This document shows, piece by piece, positions 1-10,697 of a stretch of 64,000 nt of DNA. The translations under genes and the position numbers were made by a program. This DNA comes from an uncultured Methanosarcinaceae archaeon (GTDB taxonomy: Archaea; Halobacteriota; Methanosarcinia; Methanosarcinales; Methanosarcinaceae), in assembly GCA_963833425.1 (NCBI GenBank), contig CAWHXP010000013.1:1-64000 (forward strand), written 5' to 3'. The notes under the pieces are model-generated. The model saw nothing but the letters and a program-made list of their open reading frames with translations. It made no database searches and was not told the origin of the DNA. Every line of letters begins with the position of its first letter. Position 1 is the stretch's first letter.

Positions 1-1188
1 AAAATAGGAAAGCTCTTAGATCTCATCGTACTTGAAAAGGATAAGGTGGCAGAGGTCACACATATTGTAGTAAGTCGATCTTTTGGTTATTCTTCATTGA
101 TGGTACCATGGAATAATGTAAGTTCATTCAGTGAAAAGGAGATAACTATAGATATTGACGAGGTAGAAAAATTCGCCTGCAAAATACCTGAAGGAGGTAC
201 TCCTCTGAAAGATTTCATTTTGGATAAGAAGATTTTAGATCTAGAGGATACTGAGGTTGAGATCGTCTACGATATCAAAATGGTTATGAGAAAAAACAGA
301 CTTTATATAACTGACGTGGATCCATTTGAAGATGCTCGCTTCCGAAAGCTAGGTCTTGATAAATTTGCTAATTTTATTCACATGGAACGTGACAAAAGCA
401 AGGATGTACTTATCCCATGGTCCTATGTTCAAGCTCTGCCCTCTAATATTGGAAGTTTTACTGGCGATGTTAAGTTAAAGATATTAAAGGAGAAACTGAA
501 CGATCTTCCACCTGTGGATATTGTGGAAATTTTAGAGGAATTGGATCACGAGCAGAGACTGACCGTTATCAATCAGCTCGAAGAAGAGCATGCGTCTGAT
601 ACCTTAGAGGAAATTAATCCGAATATGCAAAGGGAGATCATCACCTCTCTGACTAAGGAAAAAGTTGCAGACTTGATTGATATGATGACGTCTGGCCAGG
701 CAGCTGACGTCCTGTCGGTTCTGACTTTGGAGGATCAAGAAGCGATAATGGAACTGATGGATGAGGAAAATCTCAATAAGATAAAATCTATCCTTGAGAA
801 GCGACAGGATACGATATTCAACCTCATAACTGAGAGATATCTAAAAGCTCAGCCAGATGAAACAGTAGAGACTGTGGAGGATGCGTACCCCAAAAGAGCA
901 AAGGGCAAAGATGAAATAATGTACATCCACGTAACAGATAAGGATAATGAGCTATTGGGTGTGATTGATGTGAAGGAGCTTCTTCAGGCAGATAGTCAGG
1001 CACTTTTGAAGGACATCATGAATAAGAATGTCATAACCTTGGATAAAGAGAGTAGTATTGGAGAAGCCACGAAGATGTTCTCTAGATATGGCTTCAGATC
1101 TCTTCCAGTGACAGATAATGATAATAAAATAGTTGGAGTTGTCAGTCAACGAGATATCGTAAAACTAACACTTCACTTCTCGGAGTGA
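1..1188 (+). CDS. MgtE-like magnesium transporter cytosolic protein (PRC-barrel, MgtE N-terminal domain, CBS pair); 5' end lies outside the window
   Basis: Frame is open from base 1. MgtE_N-type helical repeats (DIVEILEELD, ASDTLEEIN, AADVLS) and a C-terminal CBS pair (LPVTDNDNKIVGVVS). No transmembrane domain. Confidence 0.8.
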   Translation, partial: KIGKLLDLIVLEKDKVAEVTHIVVSRSFGYSSLMVPWNNVSSFSEKEITIDIDEVEKFACKIPEGGTPLKDFILDKKILDLEDTEVEIVYDIKMVMRKNRLYITDVDPFEDARFRKLGLDKFANFIHMERDKSKDVLIPWSYVQALPSNIGSFTGDVKLKILKEKLNDLPPVDIVEILEELDHEQRLTVINQLEEEHASDTLEEINPNMQREIITSLTKEKVADLIDMMTSGQAADVLSVLTLEDQEAIMELMDEENLNKIKSILEKRQDTIFNLITERYLKAQPDETVETVEDAYPKRAKGKDEIMYIHVTDKDNELLGVIDVKELLQADSQALLKDIMNKNVITLDKESSIGEATKMFSRYGFRSLPVTDNDNKIVGVVSQRDIVKLTLHFSE

Positions 1189-1354
1189 AAAATGATTTTA
1201 TTATAAATTACCTCAATTAATCACTGAAGACTTACAGCAATTGATACAAATTATTTAAATTCTATTTAAGAATTAATTATTTTTCGAAAATTAATATGAC
1301 CGTTTTACCATCCCTAAGTGATTTATATTACCTGTAGATTTGGGTGATTGAATT

Positions 1355-2026
1355 ATGGTTCGAGAACAATATTTAAGGCAGTTGGATTTGCTCAAAGAAT
1401 CAGTAATTTCATTTGGAAAGATGGTTGAACTTATTTTCTGCGATTCGATAGATGCATTTATAGATCTGGATATCAAAGTCGCTAAAAGAGTGCTTGTCCT
1501 TGCTGCAAAAATGAATAAATATGAGGAAGGAATTGAGGTTTCTATTTCGGATCTGCTTGCGCTTCAACAGCCTATAGCTAGCGATCTCCGGCTAGTCACA
1601 TCTGCTCTCAAGATTTCAGCAGAGCTAAAGAGGATTAGTGAACTATCAATCAATATTGCTCAGATTCCCGGGAAAATCGAAGGTGAGCATGTAAGATATC
1701 TCATGGATATTAAAAAAATGTCAGACATTGCAACATATATGCTTGAGAATTCCCTGAAAGCTTTTGAGAATCAAGACACTGAGCTCGCAAAAGCTACGGC
1801 AGCTCGAGACGATGATATAGACCAGCTCTTTTACGTAATCTGGGTTGAATTAATAAAAATGATGGCAAAAGATGCGAGCATCATTTCCAGAACTACATAT
1901 TTACTTTTTTTGATTCGGTACATTGAAAAAATTGCTGATCACTGCTGTAATATCTGTGAGAGTGTAGTTTATCTTACTACGGCTGAGCGGATCAAATTAA
2001 ACGGAATATATATTGAGACTATCTGA
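1355..2026 (+). CDS. phoU: Phosphate signalling complex protein PhoU
   Basis: Two PhoU repeats: LALQQPIASDLR...LKRISEL and DDDIDQL...RYIEKIADHCCNICE. Confidence 0.9.
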   Translation: MVREQYLRQLDLLKESVISFGKMVELIFCDSIDAFIDLDIKVAKRVLVLAAKMNKYEEGIEVSISDLLALQQPIASDLRLVTSALKISAELKRISELSINIAQIPGKIEGEHVRYLMDIKKMSDIATYMLENSLKAFENQDTELAKATAARDDDIDQLFYVIWVELIKMMAKDASIISRTTYLLFLIRYIEKIADHCCNICESVVYLTTAERIKLNGIYIETI

Positions 2027-2091
2027 TGCATTGTTAGTTATTCTTGGAATTATCGTGATAGCTCTTGCTAAAAATTGAATAAAGACTTAAG

Positions 2092-3096
2092 TTGCACTTT
2101 CCATTTTATAAGCGCCATGATGAAGATTTCCAAGCCTGGCAAAAACCATTAAATGATGTTTTATCCAACTTTGGTGCTAAGCTATTCAATCCACTCCTGG
2201 CAAATCTTCTACCTCAAATAAAAAGATTGATTCTCCTGCCTTCTAGCGGTCTATTTCTGTTGCCCTTACATACAATTCCTCTAGCCGATGGCCAGCTTCT
2301 CTGTGAACGTTATTGCATAAGCTACGCTCCTTCCATTCAGCTGCTCAGAGAAATGCGAAATAAGGCTGGGACAATTGAAGAAAACGGTCTCTATGTGGTT
2401 ATCAATCCTGGGGAAGATCCTTCTCTAGTCTTTTCAGGATTTGAAGGCCAAGCTATATCCAATTTTTTCAGTTTTTCCCAGATAAATATTGGTAAATTTG
2501 GTACCAGAGCAACAATCTTAGATAAAGTACCTTGAAATACATGTCTCCATTTCTCTTGTCATGGCAGCTATCACTGGAACGATCCAACCAGTCTATATTG
2601 TACTTATTTGGAGGGCGAACTCTGAGCTTAGAAGATCTTCAAAGTGATGCAGTTGATTTGTCCTCATCTAGATTGGTTACTCTCTCTGTCTGTGAAACAG
2701 GGATCACAGATATTGTAAAAGGCAGTGCTGATGAGTTTGTTGGCCTGCCTGCAGGTTTTATTCGCGGGTGTTCCCTGCGTGGTCAGCAGTCTCTGGTCAG
2801 TTCCAGATATTTCCACAGCCATATTGATGGAGCGGTTCTATTCCAACCATATTGCTAAGGGAATGGATGTTCCATTATCATTACAGGACGCTCAGCTCTG
2901 GGTCCGAGATCTTACTTCTAATCAGGTGAGAGATTATGTGGAAAAATGCTACAATTCAGGTAAATGGGAAGACAAGAGCAAGGAATTCATAGAACAATGC
3001 GGGGAACGCTACATCAAAATGGCAGAAGAATCTCCAGAAAATGAGCCTTTCCAGCATCCATATTATTGGGCAGCGTTTGCAGTTAATGGAGCATAA
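2092..3096 (+). pseudogene. Frameshifted C-terminal part of a CHAT (caspase-like) protease gene
   Basis: Fragments in several frames: LFLLPLH, SYAPS, HFSCHG (off-frame near 2548), VTLSVCETG, VVSSLWSV, FQHPYYWAAF. N-terminal part is missing. Confidence 0.85.
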
Positions 3097-3119
3097 AATT
3101 AGGGATTGATTTGATCGTA

Positions 3120-3420
3120 TGCGTATGATGGAGCATTATCCTGTTCTTGTAGGTTATCCATCTCATCAATTTTTCCTACAGCTTTTTCTCTTCAGCTAGG
3201 TTCAGGGGCATAGGTTGATGAAGAGTCTTGAGCAGATCGAAATAATAGGTGTCCACTGCTGATCGGATCAGAACTCCATAGACTTTGGCATGTGATACAG
3301 CACCTTGATAGCTAAGGCAGTTAGAGCTTTCCCTGTATAAGAGTTATGGAAGCTGCTAGAAACCCCCAAGCTTCAAGGGTTCCCAGCAGAATAAAAGTAT
3401 CCGCTGATCAAGCTTTTCCA
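3120..3420 (-). pseudogene. Decayed fragment of a hypothetical protein gene
   Basis: Manual translation gives CLSYQGAVSHAKVYGVLIRSAVDTYYFDLLKTLHQPMPLNLAEEK flanked by stops and frameshifts. Looks protein-like; family not certain. Confidence 0.3.
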
Positions 3421-3959
3421 ACTCTCCTAATATGTGTCCGTCTAATACAAGAGTTTAAAAGCCTGCATTTTCAGCTATTGTTATTATATTAGCTATGATA
3501 TCATCTAAAACCGGGATTATGACTCCTGAAATTTTAAACCCGAACACCGTATTGTCAGATATTGTTCCAGCTAAGGATGCAGTTGCTGTAGAATTAGTAT
3601 TGAAACAAGTTGAAGCTCTTTCAAATACGTGGACAGGTTAATAAATATTGAAATTTTAGTCAATCATGATTTATATTAGGTAAACTCAGTTGTTGGAAGT
3701 GAGATCTAGAAGCACAGATTACTTTGAATTTTTATTAATAAGTCTGCTAACTAGGATTAAATCTCCATAAGAATTAATAGAGCAAAATATGAAATATAAG
3801 TGCTTTGAACAAAAAGTTTGATGTTCTTACAAAACCTTTAACTTGAATCTTTAATCCCTAAAAGAGTTCCATTTAGTGCCATAGTCTGAATATGAAATAC
3901 AGAAGTTTCAATCTTCTTTTGAGAAAAAAATAAAATTCATGCGATAAAGTCTTGAGTTT

Positions 3960-4808
3960 TTATTTCAGTTCCCTTGGTTGTTTTTTTTCAGGCAAGGTTG
4001 GCAGAGGCATTGTATTGATCAAGATAGGATTTCTGACTTCTTTAGCCCTCTCGATCACAAGTTCCTTCCCTTTTTGAGTAAGGGCAAAAAGCGGAACAGC
4101 AGTCCCCACCTGGGCTAAAGGTCTTACAAGCTCTCTGACGTTTTTAGAGGCGCAACTTGTCACAATATCCGTATTTTTCAGAAGTATCAGAGCATCTTCT
4201 TTGCTGGTACTTGTGGCATGCACACCAATTATTATCAGGTCAAGTCCGAGTTCAACTTCAATTTCCCGTAATCCCTTTGCAACTTCAGCAGAAGTCACAG
4301 TTACTGCAATATTTTTGTAGCCTATTTCAGCCGCTTTTTTCACTCCTGCAACTGGATCAATTTTTGCAGTCGATGGATCAAGTACGATTCCGCCGCGTTT
4401 AGTGATGCCACTGATTACACCTTCGATAGGCTCTGTTTCGACAAGTCCAGACATCCTACCTCCCATTCCTTGGATAAGAGTAGGGTTCTTGGAAATGACG
4501 GTTCCTGCTCCATCGCAAGCAGTTACAGTCGCATCAAGAAGACCTCTGCGAAGACCTGTCATCATAACCTCCGAAGCCCCGAATCCCACAAAATCTTCAA
4601 GCTCTAACTGACGTCTGTCAGTGAACATTCCGAAGTCTCTAATCCTGAACTCCACATTTTTCCTGACTTCTTCCGAGGTTATTCTCTGGATTCCACGCAC
4701 TTTGGCAAAGATAGGGCACCATTCTACCTCAGGCTGTCCAACTTCAATAACTTTACCATCTTTTACAACTACTCTTGTTTTTCCCATTAATTCCATTATA
4801 TGAGGCAT
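3960..4808 (-). CDS. Methanogenesis marker protein 8 (DUF2099 family)
   Basis: HIMELMGKTRVVVKDGKV, CP motif, FGASE, CDGAGTVI, GGRMSGL. ATG at 4808 follows an AGGTG SD. Confidence 0.85.
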   Translation of the reverse strand: MPHIMELMGKTRVVVKDGKVIEVGQPEVEWCPIFAKVRGIQRITSEEVRKNVEFRIRDFGMFTDRRQLELEDFVGFGASEVMMTGLRRGLLDATVTACDGAGTVISKNPTLIQGMGGRMSGLVETEPIEGVISGITKRGGIVLDPSTAKIDPVAGVKKAAEIGYKNIAVTVTSAEVAKGLREIEVELGLDLIIIGVHATSTSKEDALILLKNTDIVTSCASKNVRELVRPLAQVGTAVPLFALTQKGKELVIERAKEVRNPILINTMPLPTLPEKKQPRELK

Positions 4809-5559
4809 TATCACACCTTTTTGAATAGATTAAAAAATATAACTGTTAAGAAACTCAAATCCGATGAAAATAACATTACAGGTTTGTGGCTATGTATATA
4901 ATAGTTTGCTGGTTTTGGGTTTTTGATTTAGTTTCTGATTTTTTTAAAGAGATACTACATTTTTCGACTTGTAATTTGGAAGTTATTTTCTTGATTGTAA
5001 CGTTTGAATATTTTTTTCAAATTGTTTCTTGATATGATAACTTAATGTTCCCTTGCAGATTTTGCGAAAAGGCTGAATGGCATGACATTCTATTCTCAAC
5101 TATATATCGTTCAAAGATGATTTATTATCAATAATTTCGACCCAGAATTATTTTAATTTTCCAATTTCTACAAACCAAATAACTTAACACCAAATCTAAA
5201 TTTTGCTTTCCCTGCCAATATATTTCAAAAAGCATTGCTGATGATTCACGTTCTTAAAGTTTCAAGGTTATTTGGGATCATCTTTTGCAACATTGTATGA
5301 ATTCTTCAAAGTTCTTGAACTCACATCCCAACCTCCGTCATTTATGGAACCATTTCGCAATTATCCAGTTTTCTGAGACTGTCTCATCCATAAAAAGTAT
5401 TAGCTTAATCCTAATCTGAGACTTTTATTATATTTCACTTGTTCAGATGCATACAAGGGCACAACTATTTTATTAATGTGATCGTAATTTAAAAACAAGC
5501 GTTTAATTGTTGGAATCACAGGCACAAACCATAATTTGCTGATAGACTTCACTTTCCCC

Positions 5560-5930
5560 TGTTTTCAAGATCATATTTAACTGCATTGGAAGTGTACCAT
5601 CAACAACTGTTCCAATGTAACCAAAATCACTCTAAAATCACAACAATATCACCATTTTTTTTTTGATTTCAGAGTATTTTTTAAAAATCTTTCTGTGACA
5701 ATTTTTACAATTTGTATAACTGTTTAAAAATAATAGTTTGACTCAACCCAACTAAAAGATGTACATCATCACCATTATTACCAATTAAATCAAATTCAAA
5801 ACAGTACCTTAAACGAATTTCAAAATAGTTACATTTCAAATAATTATTATTCTTTTGTCAATTTTTTTCCAATATTTTATAAAAAATATGTGATAACTTA
5901 TTTCACACACAATTTTTTGCGTGCCATATT
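5560..5930 (-). mobile_element. Decayed IS200/IS605 TnpA (Y1 transposase) relic
   Basis: Broken frames give YCFEFDLIGNNGDDVHLLVG (eroded HUH motif) and SDFGYIGTVVDG. Homologous to the relics at 12527 and 28460. Confidence 0.7.
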
Positions 5931-6615
5931 TACATTTTATAGCACAAAAGTATTTAAAATAGAATTATATTAGTTAATAACAGCTCTCATTAATATATAT
6001 TCCCACAGAAAGCCGCAGGATGTTGACTAAAATAAAATGAATATTTTAAGGATAATGAAAATAGCTTTAAATCAAAGTACAATGAGCAAGAAAAAATTGT
6101 TCAAATACAGAAATTAGCGGGAAAGGCTTTGAACAGATGTCACGAAAAAAATTAGGGGTGGATCGAGATTTTCTATAATCATCACTAAAAATAATTGCAC
6201 TCTATCAATAAATGGCCTATGGAAACGAAGGAAATCTGGCCTAAAGTAAACACGGGTTCGATATTTTTATCTCTTCCACTTATTTTTTGTGATTAGAACC
6301 AAATTGAATTTTTCTTTTTTACTTGATGTAGAACCTGAAGTGAGCCTCCTCTCAAAATCTGGTCCTAGGCAATATATGATATTCAAAACTGTGCTAATAA
6401 TAAGTTGTCAAACTATACATATATAAGTAAGTATTTTTTTGTCGAAGATTATTTTGCTCGTTCCTTCAAAGCTTATTACTATTAAGAATCTAGCATTCTA
6501 TCTGTTTTATATTATTTGTGAATATATTTGTAATAGTACTTTATAGCAACCAAATATGCTTCTCTTCAAAAAATAAACTCTTCCAAATCCCGAACAATAC
6601 AAAAAGGTGAAATTA

Positions 6616-7680
6616 TTGAAACAATCCGTTCATAGAATAAAAAAGGTAATGCCTATTTTGCTGGTAGGATTCCTTGTGGCATCTTTGACAGCTGTATTAG
6701 CAACAGCATACCTATATAATTGGGATCCATCAACTGTTCCAGTTCCTTCAACTGTTCCAGTTCCGTCAACTGTTTCAGTTCCGTCAGCTGTTTCAGTTCC
6801 GTCAACTGTTCCAGTTCCGTCAACTGTTCCAGTTCCGTCAAATGTTTCAGTTCCGTCAACTGTTCCAGTTCCGTCAAATGTTTCAGTTCCGTCAACTGTT
6901 CCAGTTCCGTCAAATGTTTCAGTTCCGTCAACTGTTCCAGTTCCGTCAACTGTTCCAGTTCCGTCAACTGTTTCAGTTCCGTCAGCTGTTTCAGTTCCGC
7001 CTGCTGTTCCAGTTCCGTCAACTGTTTCAGTTCCGTCAGCTATGTCTGATCCGTCAGCTGTTGCGATTCCATCAACTGTTTCAGTTCCGTCAGCTATGTC
7101 TGATCCGTCAGCTGTTGCGATTCCATCAACTGTTTCAGTTCCGTCAGCTATGTCTGATCCGTCAGCTGTTGCGATTCCATCAACTGTTTCAGTTCCGTCA
7201 GCTATGTCTGATCCGTCAGCTGTTGCGATTCCATCAACTGTTTCAGTTCCGTCAGCTATGTCTGATCCGTCAGCTGTTGCGATTCCATCAACTGTTTCAG
7301 TTCCTTCCACCGTCACGGATCCCCCAGCGATGGTAGTTCCTGAAGCTGGACCAACGCCATGCCTTGTACCAATGCCAGGCCCTGTACCAGTCCCAGGCCC
7401 CATATCATTGCCAGGTCCTGTGTCAATGCCAGGCTCTGTATCATTGCCAGGTCCTGTGTCATTGCCAGGTCCTGTGTCAATGCCAGGCTCTGTAGCATTG
7501 CCAGGTCCTGTGTCAATGCCAGGCTCTGTAACATTGCCAGGTCCTGTGTCAATGCCAGGCTCTGTAGCATTGCCAGGTCCTGTGTCAATGCCAGGCTCTG
7601 TAGCATTGCCAGGTCCTGTGTCAATGCCAGGCTCTGTATCATTGCCAGGCCCTGTATCAATAACAGGTCCTTGTGTATGA
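6616..7680 (+). CDS. Secreted Pro/Ser/Val-rich hexapeptide-repeat protein
   Basis: TTG at 6616 after an AGGTGA SD (ORF track starts at GTG 6607). Basic/hydrophobic signal peptide ending VLATA, followed by in-frame 18-nt repeats. Confidence 0.7.
   Translation: MKQSVHRIKKVMPILLVGFLVASLTAVLATAYLYNWDPSTVPVPSTVPVPSTVSVPSAVSVPSTVPVPSTVPVPSNVSVPSTVPVPSNVSVPSTVPVPSNVSVPSTVPVPSTVPVPSTVSVPSAVSVPPAVPVPSTVSVPSAMSDPSAVAIPSTVSVPSAMSDPSAVAIPSTVSVPSAMSDPSAVAIPSTVSVPSAMSDPSAVAIPSTVSVPSAMSDPSAVAIPSTVSVPSTVTDPPAMVVPEAGPTPCLVPMPGPVPVPGPISLPGPVSMPGSVSLPGPVSLPGPVSMPGSVALPGPVSMPGSVTLPGPVSMPGSVALPGPVSMPGSVALPGPVSMPGSVSLPGPVSITGPCV
6727..7032 (+). repeat. 17 x 18-bp tandem repeat (PSTVPV / PSAVSV / PSNVSV)
   Basis: Unit ccgtcaactgttccagtt and close variants, read directly from the sequence. 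Confidence 0.95.
7033..7302 (+). repeat. 5 x 54-bp identical higher-order repeat (PSAMSDPSAVAIPSTVSV)
   Basis: Units start at 7033, 7087, 7141, 7195 and 7249. Confidence 0.95.
7375..7662 (+). repeat. 16 x 18-bp tandem repeat (mostly alternating PGPVSM / PGSVAL)
   Basis: Dimer unit ccaggtcctgtgtcaatg-ccaggctctgtagcattg. Confidence 0.95.
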
Positions 7681-8281
7681 GTGTTTCACTCACGAGTATG
7701 GATGGAAATGCTAATGGTAATAGTGACAAGAACTGTAAAAGATAAAGATAATAACTGTAAATAAGGTGTAGATGAGGGCCTTAAGCTTCTGTAATACTAT
7801 GTGAGATTGCACAAAAAAGTCACAAGCGATTTTCATAAAATTAGGAATAAGACCCTCAACTTAATTAAAATAAAAGTTGTGGTGGTGCTCTAAGTATATA
7901 AATTTTCGACATACTTGATTGTGATAAGAATTGATGCCTTATGATTTTCGACAAATTTAGCTGGCTGGCTGAAGTATTTCCAATCTGTCATAGTGGAATG
8001 CCTGCACTCAATTTGATGTCATTTATTACAATGGATTCCTTATTTGACTGTTTATTTTGCTCGTATGAATTTGAGTACTAAGAATCGATCTAGCCTTTAT
8101 TCGAAAACAAATCTTTCAGTCAAAAAAGTTAACCAGTATCCGAATATCCGGGTACTTGATATTTAAACATAAAAAAACAAATATGTTTTCAAGTATTATC
8201 ATCTGTTAAAACCTTCATTTTATATACCTGCATTAATATTTCCATACTAATTAAGAAATCATCCTCCTCACATGTGGTCTT

Positions 8282-9124
8282 TTGTCCCTGAAAATTAATC
8301 CCAATGACTTCATCCGATCTATTGTAAATCTTTTGCGAAAGTCGGAAATCGAGCTTTCTGAAGATGTCAAAAGTGTACTCATAAGAGCTGAAACCATCGA
8401 AGAAAACCAGGTTGCAAAATCCCAGCTTCAAGCAATCCTGAAAAACATTGAGCTTGCAAAAAATAATGGAATTCCAATATGTCAAGACACTGGCATCATG
8501 ATCTTTTTTGTGGAATTGGGGACAGAATTCCATCCTAGCTTTGATCTGGAGGCTGCGATTAAAGAAGCAGTAATCCTTGCAACAGCTGAAATTTCTTTGC
8601 GGCCCAATGCAGTAAATCCACTGACACGTAAGAACAGCGGAGATAATACAGGGATAGGGGTCCCAGATATTAACTGGAAACTTGTTCCTGGAAATCAGTT
8701 GAAAATTACAGCCGCACCGAAAGGGGCAGGTTCGGAAAATATGAGTGCTTTGCATATGTTTAACCCTACGGAAATCGAAAAAACCCCTAATTTTGTGCTT
8801 GAAACCGTGGTAAAAGCAGGTGGAATGGCCTGTCCCCCCTTTACTATAGGTGTTGGGATAGGTGGTTCTTTTGATGCGGCAGCCAAACTTGCAAAAGAAG
8901 CTCTTCTAGAACCCCTCGATACTCCCATGAACAGTTTAGAGGGAGGCATACTTGAAGCTGTAAACGCTCTCGTCATCGGCTGTATGGGCCTTGGAGGCAG
9001 CATAACAGCCCTTGCTGTACGCGTGAAAACTGCATACTGCCATACGGCTTCTCTTCCGGTTGCAATAAACATTCAGTGCTGGGCCAATAGGCATGCTTCA
9101 GTCGTTTTTGGGGGGGAGGAATAA
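8282..9124 (+). CDS. Fe-S hydro-lyase (fumarate hydratase / tartrate dehydratase) alpha subunit
   Basis: PICQDTG, PKGAGSEN, ACPP, GVGIGG, QCWANR motifs. Confidence 0.9.
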   Translation: MSLKINPNDFIRSIVNLLRKSEIELSEDVKSVLIRAETIEENQVAKSQLQAILKNIELAKNNGIPICQDTGIMIFFVELGTEFHPSFDLEAAIKEAVILATAEISLRPNAVNPLTRKNSGDNTGIGVPDINWKLVPGNQLKITAAPKGAGSENMSALHMFNPTEIEKTPNFVLETVVKAGGMACPPFTIGVGIGGSFDAAAKLAKEALLEPLDTPMNSLEGGILEAVNALVIGCMGLGGSITALAVRVKTAYCHTASLPVAINIQCWANRHASVVFGGEE

Positions 9125-9702
9125 TAGAATATCACCTGCACACTCCACTGAAGAAAGGGGACATAAAAAAACTCAATGCAGGAGATATAGTCTATATCTC
9201 CGGAGAGATACTGACAGCACGGGATGAAGCACACTCCCGAATTCTAGAAATGGACGAAAAAGGAGAAGAACTTCCTTTTTCACTTAAAGGAGCAGTTATT
9301 TACCACTGTGGTCCGCTTATGCAACAGGCAGAAAAAAGATGGAAAGTTAGCTCTGCAGGCCCTACAACAAGTGGCAGAATGTCTAAAATGACTCATTCTC
9401 TTCTGAAAGCACATGAAATTCGGGTGATTATAGGAAAAGGCGGGATGGAGGACATCTCCTCAGTATTAAAAAACAGATGTGTTTACCTGGCCTACACTGG
9501 TGGATGTGCAGCTCTTGCATCAAAGTTGATTCAAGAAGTAAAAACTGTCCACTGGTTTGATCTTGGAATGCCTGAAGCAGTCTGGGTGCTCAGAGTCGAA
9601 GAATTTGGGCCTCTCATTGTAGGAATTGATTCAAATGGCAACGATATTTTTGGAAAAGTTAGAAAGAGAGCTGAAAAAGTGTTTGAGAGTCTGAGGCGAT
9701 AA
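9124..9702 (+). CDS. Fe-S hydro-lyase beta subunit; apparent start codon is ATA
   Basis: Frame is open from ATA at 9124 (EYHLHTPL...GDIVYISGEILTARDEAH). Also YHCGP, GPTTSGRM, IGKGGM, DLGMPEA. The ORF-track ATG at 9250 would omit the TARD motif. Confidence 0.85.
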   Translation: MEYHLHTPLKKGDIKKLNAGDIVYISGEILTARDEAHSRILEMDEKGEELPFSLKGAVIYHCGPLMQQAEKRWKVSSAGPTTSGRMSKMTHSLLKAHEIRVIIGKGGMEDISSVLKNRCVYLAYTGGCAALASKLIQEVKTVHWFDLGMPEAVWVLRVEEFGPLIVGIDSNGNDIFGKVRKRAEKVFESLRR

Positions 9703-9726
9703 AAAAAGCATCTATTTGCTTTTCTT
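9703..9726 (+). terminator. Probable terminator hairpin with T-tract
   Basis: aaaagca-tctatt-tgctttt directly after the stop codon. Confidence 0.5.
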
Positions 9727-10697
9727 CAGATTTATTAATGTTTGAATAGGCCGGGAAATGAGATACATGTCCTAAATTTCTGAAGACACTATTATTGAAG
9801 CTTCCAACTCTATAATACTATTGTTGATGCAACTGTTAATTCTACATCATAAATGGTTTTACTGCAATTGATTATAATTTTTTCATGATTATTTAAATTC
9901 GTCATCTATTGGAAACAAATTCCTGAAAAATTTTGATGTCATTTCACTAATTTCAGCTAGCATGGATAGAGTCCATAACAATCCCGTAACTAATAATTTT
10001 GTAACCAATAATCATATGGCAGCATTTCTATGATGTCAATCCTAAGACGATATAATTGTGAACAACACTTTAACTCAAATGATGATAAATTTGTTAGTTA
10101 TGGAATTAATTTAACTAACTATCACAAAAATATCATAAAAAATAATAGTGGCGAAGGATTTACTCTAATCCACTCTAGCAAAACATCTTAGAAAATTTCA
10201 CTATAACTCAATATGAATGTACTGTATCTGTTTTGCCAATTCTATTAACAACATTCTCCTCAAAAAGGATGGCATTAGATTTTACATTGAAGGATTTAAT
10301 TGCAACATCACTGAAAAAAATATAATTAAAAGCTATATACTGAAAACGAATGACAAAAATTTTGGAATTGATATTTCGATAAACGCACGTTCAACATCTT
10401 CAATTCTGATTTTTATTGGGATTGTTTTCATCTTTTTAAAAAAACTAAAATTATAAATTCCAGTTCTAAAATCGACATATTTTCAATTTTATGATCATCG
10501 CTGGATTAACCATGAGAATACCAGAACTATATTCCTCACATAACCCGTTCAATAAAAGAACTCCCCGAAATTTGCTCATTAAATCTGAGGAAGGATGATT
10601 ATATGTATTTTTTTCTCAGGCTAATGGTTACTATAAAATTTTCATTTAGAATTGCTTTTGCCATGAATTCTTCTTAAACTATTTATTTTTCTTCCTT

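Noticed and set aside
6200..6270. Possible c-di-GMP-I riboswitch-like words upstream of the repeat gene
   Set aside because: The required stems and conserved core could not be built.
6630..7745. Overlapping alternative-frame and antisense ORFs (DGTETV, TELEQL, FQFRQL and similar repeats)
   Set aside because: By-products of stop-free 18-bp repeats. Only the + frame from 6607/6616 has an SD and a signal peptide.
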